Source: an uncultured Candidatus Saccharibacteria bacterium (lineage in GTDB: Bacteria > Patescibacteriota > Minisyncoccia > Phycocordibacterales > UBA918). Taken from it: 53,746 bases of DNA. The notes below the pieces were generated by a model, which worked only from the letters and a program-made list of their open reading frames with translations, was not told the origin of the DNA and searched no databases. Below are positions 45,392 to 50,849 of the stretch, one piece after another (position 1 is the first letter of the stretch; each line of letters starts with the position of its first letter). The position numbers were made by a program, and so were the translations under genes. The stretch spans positions 1 through 53,746 of the forward strand of contig CAYXOF010000001.1 in assembly GCA_964466905.1 (NCBI GenBank), in the 5' to 3' direction.

Positions 45392-46231
45392 CTAATGGGC
45401 GTTCGAGATAAGCGTTGCTTCTTGCAATACGGCTTCTTGTTTACGAGGAGCGAGATGCAGGTGTCGCAACAGATGGGGTTGGGCGACCAGGTCGCTGCAG
45501 AGAATTGCTCCACGTTCGATAAGGGTCGCTGCTTGTGCAACATGGAGTGACTCGAGGACAGTAATCGGATACACCCGGGCTCGCTGGATACGGTCATGGA
45601 GGTTGTTGCGTCTCGGATAGTCCCAACTAAGGAGATTGAGTCCAACACAGGCGCCGTACTTCTCGGCCGCAGAGGTAAATTTTGTATTGGTAATAAGCCA
45701 GAATTCGGTTATCCCACAAATATCATCGGTGCATATCCGCGCTGCTTTTAGGTCCAGCAGTCGTGCATACGAGTACATCGCCACTTGAAGGTCTGATTTT
45801 ACGCCTGGTCGAGAGTGGAATTTAGCTTCCCCTACAAAACTGTGATCAGCTTTGTAGGCTGCAATATCGATTTCATGTAGGGCACAGTTACCTTGAATCA
45901 TGATGCCGGTTTTGGTGGTGTACCCGTCACTGGCAAATAATCTGCCTAAAAAAACTTCAAACGGAAACCCGGTTGGACCGAGTCCAAACAGTGCGCGCCG
46001 CAGGGAGTAACGGGCGGCGGCTGGTGGTTTACTCTGATGGAGGAATGTAAACGCGAGACGATAGATCTCCTGGGTGGTCATTTCATCTCGGATTAGGCCC
46101 AGAATATGGGTGACAATTTCATTTATTTCATCTGGACGTGCACCAGCTCGTCTGAGTGAGCGCCTGAGTTTTTCGACTTTAAAGAACTCTTGGCTACCAT
46201 CAGCCTTGGTCACACGTACAGACTCTAGCAT
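45392..46231 (-). CDS. ATP-cone domain fused to an Mrr-like (PD-(D/E)XK) restriction-endonuclease-fold domain
   Basis: N-terminal VRVTKADGSQEFFKVEKLRRSLRRAGARPDEINEIV (ATP-cone pattern). Central HEIDIAAYKADHSFVGEAKFH (D...E-x-K). Confidence 0.7.
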   Translation of the reverse strand: MLESVRVTKADGSQEFFKVEKLRRSLRRAGARPDEINEIVTHILGLIRDEMTTQEIYRLAFTFLHQSKPPAAARYSLRRALFGLGPTGFPFEVFLGRLFASDGYTTKTGIMIQGNCALHEIDIAAYKADHSFVGEAKFHSRPGVKSDLQVAMYSYARLLDLKAARICTDDICGITEFWLITNTKFTSAAEKYGACVGLNLLSWDYPRRNNLHDRIQRARVYPITVLESLHVAQAATLIERGAILCSDLVAQPHLLRHLHLAPRKQEAVLQEATLISNAH

Positions 46232-47295
46232 GCCGCTATCATACCACCGCCGAGGCAGATGTCTCCATCATATAGTACACAGGATTGTCCAAGTGCTGGT
46301 TGCTCAGTGCTGTGGTCGGGGATGACTTCGAGAGTGTTGTCCTGCGTGTCGAAGCCTTGGATTGTTACGGCAAATGGTGTTTGGCGGTAGCGGATTTGGG
46401 CTTCGACTCGTTTTGGTACGTGATGTCGCATGACCACCCTAGAAAGCTGCCAAGTAGCGAGGGGTGCTGTGGTGGCTCGGGTTGTGTCCACGATCAGCGT
46501 GTTACGGCTGACATCTTTTTTAATGACGTAGTACGGTGTTTGGGTTGCGTTTTGTGTATGGATCGTAAAACCGTGTCGTTGACCAACGGTATATATTTGT
46601 GCACCGCGGTGCGTACCAATCACTGTCCCCGCGATATCGAGCACTGGTCCTGGAGTCAGTTCTAGGTAGTGAGACAAAAAGTCACCAATATCGATCTGGC
46701 CAAGGAAGCAAATGCCTTGGCTGTCGTGTTTGGAAGCTACGGGTAAGCCGGTTGCTTGTGCCACTCTGCGGATGGTAGATTTGGGAGAGTCCCCGACGGG
46801 AAATAGACTATCTGCTAATTGCTCTTTCGTGAGTGACCATAAAAAGTATGTCTGGTCTTTCTCTGGGTCGTTGCCGCGTTTGAGTGCAGGCGTACCGTCC
46901 TGGTGTATTACTCGTTCAGCGTAATGTCCGGTTGCAATGAAGTCGGCACCAAAGGATTTTGCAAAGGCGCGAAAGACACCAAATTTTACGTATTGATTAC
47001 AGAGAATGTCTGGATTTGGTGTGATTCCCGCTTCATAGCCAGCAATGAAATCTTTTGCCACTTCATCACGATAGGCTGCTTCCCCATCGCATGTTAAAAA
47101 TGGGATACCAAGATGCGCTGCCACGCGCATAGCATCGAGTCGTTCCTTCTCCCAGTTGCACACCAAAAAATCAGGGTGCCATACTTTAATAAATATCCCG
47201 ACAACATTGTAGCCACTCTGCAGGAGGCGCAGCGCCGCGACTGATGAATCTACCCCACCTGATAGGCCGACAAAGACGGTTTTTCCCTTAGACAT
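46225..47295 (-). CDS. mnmA: tRNA 2-thiouridine(34) synthase
   Basis: VFVGLSGGVDSSVAA PP-loop, catalytic Cys context ...DILCNQYVKF... and ...SQGICFLG. Confidence 0.92.
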   Translation of the reverse strand: MSKGKTVFVGLSGGVDSSVAALRLLQSGYNVVGIFIKVWHPDFLVCNWEKERLDAMRVAAHLGIPFLTCDGEAAYRDEVAKDFIAGYEAGITPNPDILCNQYVKFGVFRAFAKSFGADFIATGHYAERVIHQDGTPALKRGNDPEKDQTYFLWSLTKEQLADSLFPVGDSPKSTIRRVAQATGLPVASKHDSQGICFLGQIDIGDFLSHYLELTPGPVLDIAGTVIGTHRGAQIYTVGQRHGFTIHTQNATQTPYYVIKKDVSRNTLIVDTTRATTAPLATWQLSRVVMRHHVPKRVEAQIRYRQTPFAVTIQGFDTQDNTLEVIPDHSTEQPALGQSCVLYDGDICLGGGMIAAC

Positions 47296-47321
47296 ACCGG
47301 TACGCTATCAGCTCATCATGA

Positions 47322-48323
47322 CTAACGCAAATATCGTTCGATGTTACGCTGGTGCTCTGTATAGGTTTCAGCATAGTAAAATACCCCATCATTGCCAGTA
47401 ATATAGAAGAGGTAGGGTGACTCAGTCGGATTTAAAACCGCCAGAATCGCATCGAGGCCCGGATTACCAATCGGTGTTGGTGGAAGGCCACGGTAGAGAT
47501 ACGTGTTGTAGGGTGTATCAATGGTGAGGTCTGCTGGAGTCAATTGCGACAGTGGCTTGTTGAGAGTGTATTCAATCGAGGCATCAGCTTGAAGCGGCAT
47601 GCCGATAGAGATTCGTGAAAGGAGGATACCCGCTACCATGCGCTTGCTGTCAGGATCGTTCGCTTCGCGTTCAACGATTGAGGCTAAGGTGATAATGTCT
47701 GATTCAGATAGTGGATGGGAGTCTATGGCAGCTTGGTGTGGAGCCAGTGTGGTGCGATACGTCTCGGTGAGTAGCGTAAACACATCATCTGAAGTAAAGG
47801 TGGGTGGAACCAGATAGGTGTCTGGAAAAAGCGTACCCTCATGTGGCTCAGCTAGCGTAACAAACGCTTCGGCGTCGAATTCAGGCAATGTCTCACTCAG
47901 GCGAGCGGCAAGCTGACGAACACGCTCACCTTCTATGTGTGTGATTCGTACGAGTGTGCTTTCATAATCACCTTCCATGAGTCGCTCCGCGACGTCTGTA
48001 GTCGAGAGAGGTTCATTAAATCGGTACGTACTCGCTTTAATCGTCGTTGGATCGTGTGACCACGAAAGGAGTACGTACAGCAAGGTGGCAGATCGAATTA
48101 CTCGTGCTGCTTGCAAGGTTTCAGTGATTGCTCGCACTGATGTGCCCGGAGCAATAGTGATTTCGGTTCCACTGGGAAAGTTATCTGGCGGTCGGTTGAG
48201 CTCAGTTGCATACCAACTGAACGCAAGCAGTATGAGGCAGAGACCACATACTGATACACAGAACCAAATCAGCCAGTGTCGTGGCTTGCCTGTCTGAGGT
48301 TCTGTAATGGGATCGGGTTCCAT
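47322..48323 (-). CDS. mltG: Endolytic murein transglycosylase MltG (YceG-like)
   Basis: N-terminal TM helix. LASIVEREA and TPYNTYLYRGLPPTPIGNPG motifs. Confidence 0.9.
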   Translation of the reverse strand: MEPDPITEPQTGKPRHWLIWFCVSVCGLCLILLAFSWYATELNRPPDNFPSGTEITIAPGTSVRAITETLQAARVIRSATLLYVLLSWSHDPTTIKASTYRFNEPLSTTDVAERLMEGDYESTLVRITHIEGERVRQLAARLSETLPEFDAEAFVTLAEPHEGTLFPDTYLVPPTFTSDDVFTLLTETYRTTLAPHQAAIDSHPLSESDIITLASIVEREANDPDSKRMVAGILLSRISIGMPLQADASIEYTLNKPLSQLTPADLTIDTPYNTYLYRGLPPTPIGNPGLDAILAVLNPTESPYLFYITGNDGVFYYAETYTEHQRNIERYLR

Positions 48324-48329
48324 ATGACA

Positions 48330-49661
48330 TTATATCCCAAACGGAATACCAGTTGGCAGATTGCTCGGAGCTTCACGACGCGTCGACTCGATGCGCGGTA
48401 GCCCAGGAGTCATCACTACTTTACCAGGGATGTGATATATCGTTGCCAATTCTTCGACTGACATCACTTTGGGAGCATCGATATGCGTTTTTTTATCACC
48501 GTCATCATAGCTACGCTTTTTATATAAATCGAGTTCTTTCTTTTTCAGGGCAATTTTTTTCTTACCATTCCAGTCTGAAAACCAGTTGTAGTCAAAGTCG
48601 GTACGCCAGCGTACCCCGAGTGCATTGCGACCTAGAATGTCATACTGAGAGAAGGGCTTTAAAAGGAGGCCGATTTTTTCACCATCAAATTTGTTTACCT
48701 CAGTAATATACATCGCCCGAATGGCTACTTCGTAGGCATACTTCCCAACGTTGCGTTCGATGGCAGCAATCGTATCACGTTCTCCCGCCGTGAGTCGCAC
48801 CTGCTCTTCCCCTTCATTTGGTCCAAGTTTTTTATTGTTTCGACCAGACATCTCATTGATGGTCGCCTTTGCATCTGCTTCCCAGGTGCCAGATTCACTG
48901 ATATCACCAGTCTTAAAATTTTTCTTGGCATGGGGCTTTAAAAGGAACTGTATCCATAGCCGCTCGTGCGCCGCCGCCTTTCCAAGGGCCTCAAGCATTG
49001 GTGCCATCGGCTCAAATTTCTCCTCTTCTTTAGGCATCCGATCGAGACCATAGTCAATGTACGTTTTAATCGGGAATATCGACTTCTCTTTTTTGACGAT
49101 GTGAAATGACATCATGTCGTATTTTTTGGGGTCCCACGTTATTTCACCAGTGTAGTCGATCGGTTCTTCGACGATCTCGATGCCAGGGTATTGAGAGTAT
49201 AGTTGTGCTTCAACAGCATTCTTAATTTTTTTGGTGGGAACATTGGCATAGAAACGCACCTCTCCCCCAATTGACACGAGTTCAAAGCTCAGTGTCAGCG
49301 GTGACTTACCGTCGATATAGGCTTGCCAGAGGTTTTCTGGACCATTTGGGTTGTGGAGTTGCGCAAAGACACTTTCCATCGCCTCTGGCGACTTGAAAAC
49401 TTCTTGTGGCAGTTTGATGCGTAGGGTGGTTCGTCCATTCTCGAGTGCGAATTTTAAGCGCACGTAATCCATCCACCGTTCATACAAAATATAAAAGAAT
49501 GTGGTGGGAAGCCAGATTGGTGTTAGGGCAATCACAATGGAGACGATTGGCTCCAGGTTAATGCCGAGTCGAGTAAAGACGAAATACATCATGCCAAGCC
49601 CCACAAATAAAATAAGTGGACCGCCGATGGCACCAAACAACGTAGTAACGAGATCTTTCAT
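48330..49661 (-). CDS. Conserved-looking membrane protein of unknown function (2 N-terminal TM + about 360-aa cytoplasmic domain, no P-loop)
   Basis: TLRIKLPQEVFKSPEAMESVFAQLH...LSFELVSIGGEVRFYANVP...AQLYSQYPGIEIVE...MSVEELATIYHIPG. From memory this resembles the non-ATPase N-terminal module of some TraG/VirD4-like proteins. No Walker A motif seen. Confidence 0.55.
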   Translation of the reverse strand: MKDLVTTLFGAIGGPLILFVGLGMMYFVFTRLGINLEPIVSIVIALTPIWLPTTFFYILYERWMDYVRLKFALENGRTTLRIKLPQEVFKSPEAMESVFAQLHNPNGPENLWQAYIDGKSPLTLSFELVSIGGEVRFYANVPTKKIKNAVEAQLYSQYPGIEIVEEPIDYTGEITWDPKKYDMMSFHIVKKEKSIFPIKTYIDYGLDRMPKEEEKFEPMAPMLEALGKAAAHERLWIQFLLKPHAKKNFKTGDISESGTWEADAKATINEMSGRNNKKLGPNEGEEQVRLTAGERDTIAAIERNVGKYAYEVAIRAMYITEVNKFDGEKIGLLLKPFSQYDILGRNALGVRWRTDFDYNWFSDWNGKKKIALKKKELDLYKKRSYDDGDKKTHIDAPKVMSVEELATIYHIPGKVVMTPGLPRIESTRREAPSNLPTGIPFGI

Positions 49662-49689
49662 GTCGTGATGATATTGTACTATATTAAAT

Positions 49690-49717
49690 CAAGCGGAGAT
49701 GCTGACATCCCCGCTTG
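49690..49717 (-). terminator. Stem-loop terminator after the sigma-r4/HARE-HTH gene
   Basis: CAAGCGGAGATG-CTGA-CATCCCCGCTTG (12 bp, 1 mismatch), followed on the minus strand by ATTTAATAT. Confidence 0.5.
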
Positions 49718-49742
49718 ACTCACTGCATACTCATGTGTAGTT

Positions 49743-50768
49743 CTACTCTGCGAGCGTGTATGTTCCGTTACTCAGACGACGAAATAGGTTGGCATCTTGA
49801 AGATTGACCAGAATAGTATTGTCTTTTACGTAGCGTTCTTTGCGGACCTTATCAATAATTTCTTCACGTGAGAGTGGTCCTTCTTGTGCCAAGATATCAC
49901 GCAGGACATCCTTCACAACTCCAGCGGTGTAACCCCACTCAGTCAGTGCGTAAAGTCCACGACCGACGAGGACAAACCGAGCGTCTTTAATGAGTTCGTT
50001 GTGAGTCGTCGCGACGTGTGCCTTGTGACCAAAGAGTTCATCAATTGAACCAGCGACTTCGCGGAAGTGCATCGGAGACCCGTGGCGTTTGACTGCGAGG
50101 TAGGCGTAATCACGAATTCCCTTGACGCGAACATTTGGACTATCAGCTGGTCCCCAATCACCAAGCGGGTTACGCCCAATTTGCTTTGAGATGGAGAGCC
50201 AGCGCTTTAGCACGTGCTCATCATGCTTGTCAGCAATCTCCATGAGTTCAGTACGGAAACGATTGAGGATTTCGGCTTCACTGACGAGTTCATCACGGTC
50301 GAGTGTCTTGTAGACATTGCGCAGTGCTTGCTCGACTGAATCAGCGGTTTTTCTTTCAGTAAACCAGCGGTGTGCGTAGTGAGGATTTTCCTTACTCTTA
50401 TAAAATGGATCACCGACAACAAGTAAAAAGTATACGTGGTTTCGAGTGGCGGCATCATTCGTTAACTCATCAAGTAGTACGTGCTCAGCGATGACTCCCC
50501 CGCCAAGCTGATCAATGAGTTTTTGGAGCTCTAGGAAAAGATCATAATGCTTTTTATACGCATCAGATTTTTGGATTGATGAGATGCCGTAGTTTTCGAT
50601 CTGACGGACTCGTTCACGAGTGATACCGTATGATTGCCCAATGGCTTCGAGAGTGTACGTTTCTCCATCTGCACCAAGTCCGTAACGCTTTTCGAGTACA
50701 TCTCGAGCTCGTTCGGGAAGTGCTTCCAGGAGAATTTTGGTGACTTGCTTTGGCTTAAAGGTAATCAT
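49743..50768 (-). CDS. DNA-binding protein: N-terminal sigma-70 region-4 HTH + C-terminal HARE-HTH (RNAP delta-like) domain
   Basis: LPERARDVLEKRYGLGADGETYTLEAIGQSYGITRERVRQIENYGI (region 4.2 pattern). YAYLAVKRHGSPMHFREVAGSI...FVLVGRGLYALTEWG (HARE-HTH pattern). Confidence 0.7.
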   Translation of the reverse strand: MITFKPKQVTKILLEALPERARDVLEKRYGLGADGETYTLEAIGQSYGITRERVRQIENYGISSIQKSDAYKKHYDLFLELQKLIDQLGGGVIAEHVLLDELTNDAATRNHVYFLLVVGDPFYKSKENPHYAHRWFTERKTADSVEQALRNVYKTLDRDELVSEAEILNRFRTELMEIADKHDEHVLKRWLSISKQIGRNPLGDWGPADSPNVRVKGIRDYAYLAVKRHGSPMHFREVAGSIDELFGHKAHVATTHNELIKDARFVLVGRGLYALTEWGYTAGVVKDVLRDILAQEGPLSREEIIDKVRKERYVKDNTILVNLQDANLFRRLSNGTYTLAE

Positions 50769-50814
50769 GTGTATGTGGGTAAATAAGTTGGTAGTACTTC
50801 AATGCGTGGCGTAA

Positions 50815-50843
50815 TTTATAACACGTGCTGAAAAAAAGGTCAA
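50815..50843 (-). promoter_or_regulatory. Promoter TTGACC-17-TATAAA upstream of the sigma-r4/HARE-HTH gene
   Basis: Minus strand reads TTGACCtttttttcagcacgtgtTATAAA, starting 7 nt after the leuS stop. Leader of about 40 nt. Confidence 0.5.
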
Positions 50844-50849
50844 CAGGGG

